DNA of 64,000 bases. Origin: the human T2T-CHM13v2.0 reference genome, Homo sapiens. Below, piece by piece: positions 46,406-58,679 of this stretch. The translations under genes and the position numbers were made by a program. The stretch lies in the NCBI RefSeq assembly GCF_009914755.1, contig NC_060935.1. One strand, 5' to 3'. The notes below the pieces were generated by a model. The model had not been told where the DNA came from and did not search any database. It was given only the letters and a program-made list of their open reading frames with translations. The stretch's first letter is position 1; each line of letters begins with the position of its first letter.

Positions 46406-48602
46406 AGATAGTACATGTGTTTTACTGCAATCTTTTTTAAAAAGGCAGGACTTAATAACTGGCTTTAGAAGGCAAAAGAGGCAAGAGTATCAAGGATGAT
46501 GTTTTCTGATTTTAGGAATAGGCAGATAGTGGTATTAATCACAAAATGATAAAAAATGGGTTACAGGGGAATGATAAGATAATGAGCTCAGTTTTAGACA
46601 TAATAAGTCTGAGCAAAGCATGAGACATTCATGGAGGAGATGTTCAGGAGACGGCTGGATAAACTAGTCTGAAGCTCAGAAGAATGGTTTGCCACAGCCC
46701 TAGAGTTTATGAATCATCAGCCTATAGACAGCAGCTGAGGCTAAGGGAGAAACGGAGCCCTTGTGAAACATCAACTTTTAATGGATGAGCAGGGGAAGAA
46801 AATTCTGAAAGGAGACAAATTCAGGAACAGCTGGAGAAGAAGAAAGGGAAAACAAACAAAAATAAACAATTATGGTCAATGAAAATTATGGAGGCAATGA
46901 AAGCTTGCTTCAAGAAAGGGGTCAGGTGTCAAATGATATAGAAGAGTCAAATTAGGATAAAGGCTAAAAAGGGTCCACAAGGAGATTATATTCATGAGAA
47001 CAGTTAATAAGAATTCTCTTTAGATGCTCTTCTTCAACCATAGGTGAAAAAGTAATTAAGTGACCTTGGAGTTCTCTCCTGAGGAGAGGAGATCAGTTTG
47101 AACATCAAAGGGGGAGTTGTGAGAACAGTTTCAGAAATTAAAATCCATTTTCCAGGCTCATCTGAGATCCTAATCACTGTACCGTCCAAGACATAGCCAT
47201 GTATGCTAGAGCCCTAAAAGCACCTACTTTGTAACTGGGGTTAGTTTGGCCTCTGCTATACAGTGTGACCTTAGAGAAGCTTAATTTCATCTGGAAAATA
47301 AAAACTATCTTCCAGAATTGTTATTAAAAAAAAAAAAAACACATACGAAGGGAAAAATCCCACAAAAGTTCTTTGCAAAGAATAAACAAAGTACAAATGT
47401 CAGTTAATCAAAACCTCCAACAGGTGATCCTTACAAAGTTTTAAGCAAAAACAGCAATCTGGGGGTGGGGGGGAAAACAAACACTGGTTTAAAAAAAAAA
47501 AAAAAGATGGTAGTCTTTGAACAGATTAATTTCCTAGCCTTCTAACCTTGAGAGTTGTATCTTTTGTTACTGTATTTGTAGCATTTAGACCTATGTTTTC
47601 TACTGGCTGAAGCCAGGATATTCATTAAAGGTCAACACAGGAGGAGTCAGAAAGAGCTCTTGAACTGGAGTGGGCTAGCAGAGGAATGTGAAGTGGCCAC
47701 AACGGAATGAAGAGAAGGGAGAACACTTGTTATTCTGTGGTAGAGAGACAATGAATACACAGACCCAGATGGGGAGACATGGGTTCCAGACTCAACCCCA
47801 ACACTTTCTTCAAAACACTTCTTATACTCCATCTTTTCACCTATAAAATGATGGATTCATTTAAGGGCTTCATCTGTTCTCCCGTTTTAGAATTATTTTC
47901 TAATTGTGTTTTGGAAACTTCATCACAAGTCAGTGGCTAGCCCTGTTACATTTATTACTCTCAGCTGTCGTGTGAGGAAGGCATTCCTAACCCTGTTTTA
48001 TCATTTTTTTTTTTTAAAACAAATGATAGATTGAGGCCCAGAAAGCTTGATAACTTATCTGATGTCATATAGCTCTTAAGTGGCAGAATAGGGTCTGTAA
48101 TCTAAGTCACTAACTGTATGTCCCATGCTCTTTTCCCTGTAGGTGTATACTCATTGCTATGCATTACAACAACCATTAATTGAGTGTCCACTATGAGCCA
48201 GGCACGACACGAGAAGCTTTATAAACATTTTCACCGACTACAAACCAACCATCTGTATAGGTCATTATTCCATTTTACAGTCAAGGAAACTGAGATGCAG
48301 AAAGATTACTCAACCAAAGTTCCATAGCTAATTAGTGACAGAGACCAGATTTCAGCAGAGATCTGACACACTCCAGAACACATACTAGATAGACCCCTGG
48401 GTGATGCTTGGACACTGACACAATCAGAACATTTTAGAAAAGAAAAGATGAGAAGAATGTTGAGGTCTTGACTACACTCCAAAATTCTAACAGAAAAACC
48501 TTTATGAAGCTTTTGGAAAAAGAAATGCCCTGGTCTATAAACAGCCCACTGTCATGGTGAATCTAGGTAAAGGGTATTCAAGTGTTCACTGCACTCATTA
48601 TC

Positions 48603-48910
48603 TGTCCTAGTCAGCTTGAGCTGTCATAACAAAATACCAGACTGGGTGGCTTAAACAACAGACATTTATTTCTCATAGCTCTGGAGGGTAGAAGTCCAAG
48701 ATTAGGGTGCCAGCATGGTCATGCTGTGTTGTTACACAGCAGAAAGAGCTCTGGTGTCTCTTCTTCTAAGGGAACTAATTCCATCATGAAGGTTCAATCC
48801 TCATGACCTCATCTAAACCTACAACGGTTCAATCTCCAATTACCATCCCATTGGGGATTAAGGGTTTCAACATACAGATTTTGGAGGGACACAAACATTC
48901 AGTTCATAGT
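48603..48910 (-). mobile_element. MLT1A-like MaLR LTR
   Basis: ataacaaaataccagactgggtggcttaaacaacagacatttatttctca...ggacacaaacattcagttcatag. Confidence 0.85.
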
Positions 48911-50954
48911 ATATAGTCTATGCTTAAACATTTGAAAGTATATGGCATATTACATTCTCTAAATTCACTCTGCCAAAATATATAAGGAACTAGTTATAAC
49001 CACATTATAGATTGCTGCAAGTGTAAAAATAGGTATTTTCTGTAAAATACTGAGCTCAGGTTTTGTCACACAGTAAGTACTCGGTAAAGGGGCTTTAAAA
49101 GGGAGAGAGAGAGAGAGAGAGAGAAAGAACACTGTCAATTGGCTAGAAGACAGCTGCTTACTGGAATACTGCACCACAAAACTATATTTTATTTCCCATC
49201 TTCAGACTTCAAGAGAATTTCAAACCAGGAGTGTTTCCAACTCCTCTGTTCCCTGCAGCCACCATCCCATTTCCTCTGAAGCAGATGACAGTACAATGGA
49301 CTTGACCCCCTGTACTTTTGCCCTCCTGAGGCTACCCCAAAATGCTGGCCAGGAACAGGATTCTAGCTCCTCAAAGGGAAGCTTTCCTAGCCCTAGAAAT
49401 GGAAAAGACAATCCTCATCTTTAGTTTATCATGGGGAAGAGAGAAAGCAGCACATATTTTAAGACAGATTAGCTTACTGTAACAGAAAGCACATATACTT
49501 TGAAACCACAAAGAACTGAGTTCAAATATTTTCTCATCCCTTAGAAGCTATATACATTAGTCAAGTCACATGACCTGAATTAAACTACCATAGTTTTTTT
49601 ATCTATAAAAACTATAGCATTTATGATTAATGAAATTATAATTAATATATAGTACCTAGTATGTTCTTACCAAATGATAATAATTTTAACATAACCATAT
49701 AAATGCTTACTGTAATGCAATATATTTGGCATTTGTTTATAAATTATCTTTACTTAGATCTTCCATCTCCAGTAATACAGAAGAAAAATAACCTGAAAAT
49801 CTGCCTACTGCATAATACCTAGAAAAGCTGGTTATGAAGTATAACAAACATTGTATTACGTAGAGTTGAGATTTTAAGAAAGAAAAAGAAATCCCTATTA
49901 CTCAAAAAATGAAGAGGAAACTAAAAATCAGGAAGTCTATGTAGTAAGCTGATATTGGGATGCTTTGGGGAGATTTTTTAGTCTAGGCACTCAAAGGGCT
50001 TGCTTTTTACAGCCACCAGGGGTAGGAGATAGGCTGTGGGCCCTGGAACAGCCAAGAGCTGCAACTCAAATTCCCCTACATAAAGTTGGGACCTTGGAGG
50101 AGTCATAGTGTCAGTTAAAAAAAGAAAAAAAAAATCCAAAAGTACAGAGATTCAACAGCCAAGGTTGGGTTAAAAAATAAAAGTCTCCCTACAAATTTGA
50201 AACTTTGGCCTGTATGAAGTCTGAATTTATACTACTTATGTGGAGTTTATACTATCTGTGTGGTCCTAGAATCTACAGCAGGGAATTAACTTAAAACAGT
50301 TCCAGGCTCATAATATTCCTTGGTGATTAATAGAGACAAAAAAAGATCCTCCTTTCCTCTAGAGGAGTACAAATTATCTTGTTTGATTCTCACAACTGTC
50401 CTATGAAATGGATAATATTTTGTCCCATTCCCAGAATTATCTAGTATGAAATAGATAATATTATCCCAGTTCATCACAGAAATTAAGTCTGGGGAGGTTA
50501 GGGCAAGTTGTCCAAAGTCACTCAGCTATTCTCTGACAGAGCTGGGATTTGAACCTGGTTGTTGTCCAGTCAGTCAAAACACATTACCGAGTCCTACTAT
50601 GTGCCAAGCAGAGATAAAGTCTGTTCCCTTTCCAATTTTGGAAATTTGGAAAATTTGACAAAGTCAATTCCCCTTCCAGATTTACAATGTTTAAATCTTG
50701 ATGCAAATCAATAGATAAATGCAACTGTTCTCTTCCTTCTCTAGTTTAGCAACTTAGTAAGAACGAAGGCAGCCAGGATCAAAGCAAATAGGAAACCAAA
50801 GCCCCACAGGGTTCCCTTGGGCTCCGTCTGCCAAAGCAGTTCAGTTCCCTCTGGCAGAGGAACTTAAGTTGCTGGAACACTCTGAACTGGAAAGGGGAAA
50901 AGCAACAAGCTCCATGAGCTAGTAGGGTATAGGGTACTGCCCCATGAGTCCTGG

Positions 50955-51260
50955 TTACTGGAAATTAATTTTGTTAGAATAAATATACAAATACAAATTC
51001 AAACAGAAAATATTTACTGTTAATTTAAGTAATAAGGACAATGAAACTGTTGTGATAAACACAAACATGGGAAATAGAAAGTTAGTGATAACAGTTACAG
51101 TTATATCAGGCTGAAACTCCAATATATTTCTGAATGTTAATTTGGTTGCATAGCATTGAGAAAATCCTGATTTAAAAACATAAGCAGATATAAATGGTAG
51201 CATTTTTTAAAAAAATTAACAGGCATTCTTAGAAGCTTAACACACTGATCATCTAACACG
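50955..51260 (-). mobile_element. Decayed Charlie/Buster-type hAT transposase C-terminal fragment
   Basis: ORF 50955-51203 reads LPFISAYVFKSGFSQCYATKLTFRNILEFQPD, fitting the hAT dimerisation motif LPFxxTYxCExGFS...ATKxKYRNxL. Confidence 0.7.
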
Positions 51261-51542
51261 TATTCATGTTTTATAAAAATAGTTCTCAATATTTTAAAAT
51301 AATCAAATCAAATGTTTGCAGACTCTCTAAAACACTCTCCTGGTATTATTGTAGAACAAAGTTGGGAAACAACCACACAACAGGTTCTCTGAGATCTTTC
51401 CGCTGGACCTCAGACATATCTTCTGCATGTTCCCAAACTTTCCCAAGACTTTTGGAGGTATACGTTAGGAGGAGGAGCAAGTTATTTGGTAATATCCTTA
51501 ACCACCATTTCTCAAAATGAGAGCCATTCTCACACTACTCAC

Positions 51543-51612
51543 CCGTGTAGGCCATGTTCTTAGGGTTGCCATAAGGAGCCCCAGGCTGCACGGGGCTGTA
51601 AACAGGGTTCAT
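51543..51612 (-). CDS. FAM168A: FAM168A first coding exon, CDS part (whole exon 51543-51630): [23 protein letters not shown]+G
   Basis: Minus strand reads ttttctttgttttctctgtag|GATCCTCAGTCTTCCACA-ATG...TACACGG|gtgagt. Acceptor and donor are canonical, Kozak -3 is A, 70 coding nt (phase 1). The peptide is recognised as the FAM168A N-terminus. Confidence 0.96.
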
Positions 51613-53026
51613 TGTGGAAGACTGAGGATCCTACAGAGAAAACAAAGAAAACAGCACTGATATTGATTGTTCATTCTTCCTGACATCAGCTTCTCCTCCA
51701 TAATCTTCAGTTTTCCCTGAAAGGAAAGCATCAGGGTGTAGTGGAAAGAAGACTAAACAAAAAAGCCAATTTGCTTGTAGTTGGCCCTATGTTAAATACT
51801 TTCCCCATTTGACAGATGAAGATAGTAAGGAGCAAGGAAGTAATATAACTTGCCTAATGTCAACCTAGGCATTTTGGCTCTCAGCTCAGTGTTAGTCCCA
51901 CTATCCCACAGACAGCTCTGGCACTAGAGTACTATGTGGCATTGGCCATGTCACTTCCCCTGTCTGGACTTCAATGTCCTGATATAAAATGAATTAGTTT
52001 AAGATCTCTGAGGTCCTTTCTAATTCCAATGTTGTTAGTCTAAGAGTTGGAAAAGGATAAGCTTTCTACGGTTCACTAGAGGAGCTTGGTGTCTGGTGAC
52101 GAGCAAACAGACTGCTGGAAGGAAAAGCAGTGTCTCATCCGCCCCTTACACCTGCAGAGGACAAGATACCAGTTACCAGCAGCTTTAAAAACAGAAAAGG
52201 GAATTTGTTGCCACTGATAATTTTAATGCAAACAAGGAAATATGGCTAGGATTTCTCTCCAAATTTATTCAAGGGAAAGAAATAAACTTGGAAATTTGTG
52301 TGCAATAAGTATCACCTGCACAAGTGCTCTGTTAATTATCTTAATGAAGCACATTCTCCATTCTGATTAATGGAAAATCTGTCATTAAGCTCTATTAGCC
52401 AGCCAATTTGTCCCACCTTGTTTAGGGAGCCTTTCCTTACTATATAGCCTGACACATTTGAAAATGTGTCTCCAAATATATTATTTACACATCATAAAAA
52501 TCAAACAATTCCTTCCTAACTAGGTTCACAAGATAGATGAGCAATTTTTTAGGTCATTAACTTCTCTTGTATCACTTCAAAATAGGAAACAAGTCAAATG
52601 TTGAAGGCAGGCAGTGAACAGCTGGCATGATGACAACTGCTCTGTGATTAGTCTGTCTAGGGTTCAAAAATGAGATGTGGAGAAAAGGTGGGCTAACAAG
52701 GAGAGGAAGCTGGGACCATCAGATAAGCAAAACGGAAAATGCCATTGGCCAATTTCAGAGGACAGAATGTCCTAAAACATACGTAATGTGTAGCCCTGGC
52801 AAACTACCCCAGGGCAACGAGCTAGATAAAATTACCATCAGCCAACAAACTGAAACTAGAACAACTTGAAGATGAAAGTTAAAGGAGTTATATATATATT
52901 TCAGTTAAACTTAAGGGAAAAAAATATTCTCACAGCCAGAGTTATCTAAAAATATACCCAAGTAACATACACTCTCTCTCTAAATAAAAGCACTCTCCTC
53001 GCAGAGTATTGAGACATTAATAATGA

Positions 53027-53347
<321 letters not shown>

Positions 53348-53537
53348 GATCATAGATGTTAAAATAAGTTGCAAACTGTCAAGTGACATGCAAATGTAAA
53401 CAATGATGATGTGGCAATGTTGCTCATGTGACAACAACAACACAGAGACTACTTGTACTCCTTCCAGCTTTGGGTCTCTCTTCTACCCAACCAGTTCTCT
53501 GCGTGGTACATCAGGATGAGAAAGACTGATAAAGTGC

Positions 53538-53934
53538 TGCAGTGGTTTGAATGTTTCCCCCCAGAAAGCACGTGCTGGAAGCTTAATAACCATTTTAACA
53601 GTAATTAAGATGTGGGACTGTTAAAAGGTGATTAGGCCATGAGGGATCTGCCCTGATGAATGAGTTAATGCCATTATTACAGGAGTGGGTTTTATCATGG
53701 TGGGCGTGGGTTCCTCACAAAAGGATGCGTTTGGCCCCCTCTTGCTCTCTGTCACCCTCTTTTGCCCCTCTCTCTTCCACCATGGGATGACACAGCAAGA
53801 AGGCCCTTGACAGATGCTTGTACTCTGATATTGGACTTCCCAGCCTCCAAAACTATAAGCCAATACATTTCCATTCATTATAAATTACCCAGTCTGTGGT
53901 ATTCTGCTATAGCAGCACAAAAAGGACTAAGACA
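53538..53934 (+). mobile_element. MaLR solo LTR (MSTD-like)
   Basis: TGCAGTGGTTTGAATG...GGACTAAGACA termini; 5-bp TSD AGTGC. Confidence 0.9.
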
Positions 53935-55004
53935 AGTGCTAAGCAGTACAACTTACCTGTAAACATCTGAGCACTCTCCTACTGAGAAGACACTCTGTGT
54001 TGCTGATTGGACAAAGTACAAAATTGCTTTTTATAATCAAAGAAACTCATCAGCTTTGAAACTGGTCTCCTGCTGCTCCAAAATGAGGGCCACTGCCACA
54101 GGAGGAGATCATGCCTGGGGTAGATCATGCCTGGGGTAGCACTCCATGATAGCACTCCATCAATTCCAATCTCAATTAATGACTGACAGAAATGAGATCT
54201 GCCAGGGTTTCAAACTTTAGAATATGACAGCCACTTCTAGGGAGCTGCTCAAGGGTAGATGGGATTCCCAGCTTCTAAAGGAAGGTTGGCCTTTTATAAC
54301 AAAATCTATACTGTAAATAGTTTCAGGGACAGGCTAAAAATGAGTAGGAAGATCATAAACTCTACAATCAGGCAGATTTAGGTTCAAATCCTGGATCTGC
54401 CACATACCATGATGGGATCACAGGGTAGTCCTTTAACTTCTGAGTCTCTGTTTCCTCTAACCTCAAAATGGGAAAAAAACAAAAAACATAATTTGTAAAA
54501 AAAAATTTTTTAATGACAGGTTCATTAAAGTATAATTTCCATATAGTAAAATTTTACCTCTTTTAGGTATATAGTTCTATGAGCCCCTGAAAAACGTATT
54601 CAGTTGTACAAACATCACCACAATCAAGATATAAAATATTTTCATTACCCCAAAAAGTTGTCATACATTTGTAGTTAATACCACCAGCCTTCTTCAAAAG
54701 CCTTATGAATAAAATCCAAACTCTTTCACAGAGTATACAAGATCCTTGATGCTCTATCTGGGATGGGGCTCAGAAATCTGTGTATTTATGTTCCTAAGGA
54801 GATTTTGTTGCCCAGTTTGAGGACCATGCCTTAGCCTTTCTTTCCCAAATGCCATTTCTCTCACATAGGCTGTCTAGAGGAATTGAGATACAGCAGAGAA
54901 CAAGAACAACAAAAATTTCTGCTTACATGCTAGTTGGGAGGGGGAAGAAAGAGAGATTTTTTTTCAAGTGAAAGATATATCAGATGGCAATAAAAACTGT
55001 AAAG

Positions 55005-55300
55005 CAGGGGTTCCCAAGCCTGGGGCCATGGACCAGCACCAGTCCATTCCATGGCCTGCTAGGAACCAGGCAGCATAGCAGGAGGTGAGCAGCAGGCAAG
55101 CAAGCATTACCACCTGAGCTCACCTCCTGTCAGATCCGAGGAGGCGTTAAATTTTCATAGGAGTGTGAACCCTATTGTGAACTGCACATACGAAGGAATC
55201 TAGGTTGTGTGCTCCTTGTGAAAATCTAATGCCCCCCTCTCCCCGCCCCATCTCCACACATACCCCTGGTCCCTGGTGCCAAAAAGGTTGGGGACCGCTC
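55005..55300 (+). mobile_element. MER1B (hAT-Charlie) inserted in an L2 (~54870-56070)
   Basis: CAGGGGTTCCCAA...TTGGGGACCGCTC TIRs; perfect 8-bp TSD CTGTAAAG. Confidence 0.9.
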
Positions 55301-56907
55301 CTGTAAAGAAATCCACTCAGGCTGCTTAGGGAGTGCTAAGGGCAGGTTGTTGCAATTTTAAATAAGATGATTCGAAAAAGTGTCATTGAGTGACATCTGA
55401 GCAAACACCTGAATAAGTTGAAGGAGCAAGCCATGGAGATCTCTGAGAAGAAACTGTCCAAGTAGAGGAAACAGCAAATACAAATGCCCCCAAAGTAGAA
55501 GCATTTTTGAGAAAGAGCTTAGAGGCCAGTTTAGCTGAAGTGGAGTAAATGAAGGGGAAGAATAGCAAGTAAGATCAGACAGGTAATGAAGGCCAAATCA
55601 TGCAGGGCCTCATAGGCCACTATACAAACTTTGTTTTTATTCTAAATAAGATGGGAAGCCACTGGACTGTTTTACAAAGAAGAGTGAAATTATTTGTCTT
55701 CATTTTAAGAAGAGGTAGATTGTTGTGCTGAGATCAGACAGCAGGAAAGCAAGAAGAGTAGTAGGGCAATCGGGAGGTTTTAGAAACAGTTCAGATGAAA
55801 GATGATGGTGGTAGTAGCAGTGATGGTGGTGGTGGAAACTAGTCATGTTTTTTATATATTTTGAAGATCAAGCTGATAGGAATTGCTAATGGATTTAATA
55901 TAAGGTATGAGAGGAAGAAAGACATCAAGAATGATGCCAAGGCTTGAGAAACTGGAATAATAAAAATGCCATTTACTGGTGAGAACTATGAGAGGAGTAG
56001 GTTTTGGGTGAAGAACAGAAATCTGGATTTGGACTTAGATTGGAGATGCCTAAGAATTTTGCTCAGAACAATGTTTGATATACAATCAACACCCCATAGA
56101 AGGTTAGCCATTAGGACTACCACAAACATTACCTCTTTGGTGGTTCTGTGGAGGTTAAAAAAAAAGGAAAAAAAATAATAAATACTACCCCTACTACCAG
56201 CAGCTACCATTTACTGAACACCTACCATGTGACAGGTACTGTGCTAAGGACTTACTAAGTCCCTGTCAGTCTTATAATACTTGCAAACTAAGTATTATTT
56301 TTATTATATTACAGATAAGTAAACTTAAGTCCAAAAAAATGAAGTGACTAGCCCAAGATCTCATAACTAAGAAGTAAGGAAAAGCCAATTTCAAAGCCAG
56401 GTCTGTTTGATTTCAATGTCCAAGTTACTTTCACTGTACTAGATGAGGCTTCCAGGCTCTCTAGTCAGCTACCCCAGTACTAGGTTCGCCTCTGGAACAG
56501 TAGGCCTCAAACCCTTGTTCAACTCAAGAGCCTAAGTGCTCTGCTTGGACCCTAACAGATCACAACAGGGAGGCAGTTCATATCTACCACAGTACCTGGC
56601 ACCTGCTGGGTCACTGCTGGGCACCATGGGCAGTTATAACTATATGATATGGCCTGATGTGCCTACCTCTCTGGTTGCAACTTCTACCACTATCTTTTTG
56701 TTTTCTTCACTTCAATCACAATGACTTCCTTGTTGTTCCCTGAAGACACCATGCATGCTTGTGCCTCTGGGTCTTTGCACTTGCTTTTTCCCCACACCTA
56801 GAATGCCCTTTTCCCCAGATATCCAAATGGCACAGCTCCTCACTTAATTCAGGTCTCTGTTCAAATGTCACCTTATCAGAAATGCCTTCCTTAACCAACT
56901 TATCTAA

Positions 56908-57246
<339 letters not shown>

Positions 57247-57259
57247 TTACTCTTCTTAT

Positions 57260-57780
57260 TGATATCTATTTTAGTCTGTTTTGTGATGCTATAACAGAAT
57301 AGCTGAGACTAGGTAATTAATAATGAACAGAAATTTATTTCTCACAGTTCTGGAGCATGGGAAGTCCAAGATCAAGGGGACGGCATCTGGCAAGGGCCTT
57401 CTTGCTATATCATCCCATGGAAGGGCAAGAGAGAGAATCTATTCCTGAAAGCCTTTTAAAAAAATGATTTTTTTTTTTTAAAGAGATGGGGTCTTACTGT
57501 GTTGTTCAGGCTGGACTGCAATGTCTATTCACAGGCACAGTTACGGCACACTACAGCTTCAAACTGCTGGGCTCAAGTGATCCTCCTGCCCTAGTCTCCC
57601 AAGTAGCTCCCTGAAAGCTGGCTCCTCAAAAGCCTGTTAAACAGACATTAAGCCCACCCCTGAGGACAGGGCCCCCAGAACCTAATTGCCTCTTAAAGGT
57701 CCCACCTCCCAATACTATTACATGGGCAATTAATTTTCAACATAAGTTTTATAGAGGACAAACATCCAAACCACTGTAAC
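57260..57780 (-). mobile_element. MST-type MaLR LTR containing a FAM monomer (~57468-57608)
   Basis: gaacagaaatttatttctcacagttctggag...ggtcccacctcccaatact; the insert has the 7SL-like ctattcacaggc segment; repeat CCTGAAAGC flanks it. Confidence 0.8.
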
Positions 57781-58347
57781 ACCTATTACTGTCTGACATA
57801 TTTTCTTGTTTATTCTTTCCCCCATTAGAGTAAGGTCCATGAGAATGAGATTCTGTTTATCTTGTATCCCCAGTGCACAGAATATTACCTGGCACAAAAC
57901 AGGCACCAAATACATATTAGTTGAACAAACAATGAGCCATCTTTCATGCTTCTCCAAAATAAAACTGTGAAAAAAGCTTCAAGATGTTTGGCATTTCTTG
58001 GCATATCCCAGTCAACTTCTTGGCTCCCTATCTCTCCAGCAGCTACTTCCAATGCCCAGAGAAGCCTCTACTAGGAGCTCATCTTGGGCAAAATAGGCAA
58101 TGGTAAGGCCCAGCAGTTGCATGACATGTGAGAGAGAAAAGAGAGGTGCTAAAGATTCCTCCTGGTGAAGCTGATTTTTCACTTCTAGATTCCTACCCAC
58201 TGTTCTACAAATGGCTTCCTGCTACCCTCAAAACATCTCAACTATTTCTTTCAAAATAACGAAATATATGACCATTAAATGACAAGCAAAAAAGCCCAGA
58301 GATTAAAGTAATATTTACACAACAGGTTGCAGTGTTTAAACTTAGTG

Positions 58348-58456
58348 TTTTAGTTTGCAAACTACTACACTTTGCAAACTAAAATGGTAAAATTCTTTGA
58401 AAAATTTACCATTTGAAAAATGGTAAAAATGGTAAATTTTTCAAATAATTTTACCA
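58348..58456. repeat. Two abutting inverted repeats (14-bp perfect; 30-bp with 1 mismatch)
   Basis: Arms 58348-58361/58371-58384 and 58385-58414/58427-58456, checked base by base. Confidence 0.95.
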
Positions 58457-58679
58457 CTTACACAGTGCTTTAGACTTTACAATGAGATTTTAACCATTAT
58501 CTCACTTGGTCCTTTGAAGTAAGCAATGCAAAGATTATTAATTTCATTTGACAGACCAAGAAACTAAAGCTTAAAGGTTTAATGCCTTCTGGGATAGATA
58601 CTGTTGGGAAAGGAAAAAGATTGTGTTTGCCCAAAAGAGGATATGGTCTACCTAGGAAAGTTTAAAAGTTAAATAAAAA

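Noticed and set aside
50013-50026. CTCF-like CCACCAGGGGTAG
   Set aside because: Lacks the conserved GGC at the 3' end of the core.
50629-50675. Small inverted repeats (TTTCCAA/TTGGAAA, TTGAC/GTCAA)
   Set aside because: Arms of 5-7 bp in AT-rich DNA are expected by chance.
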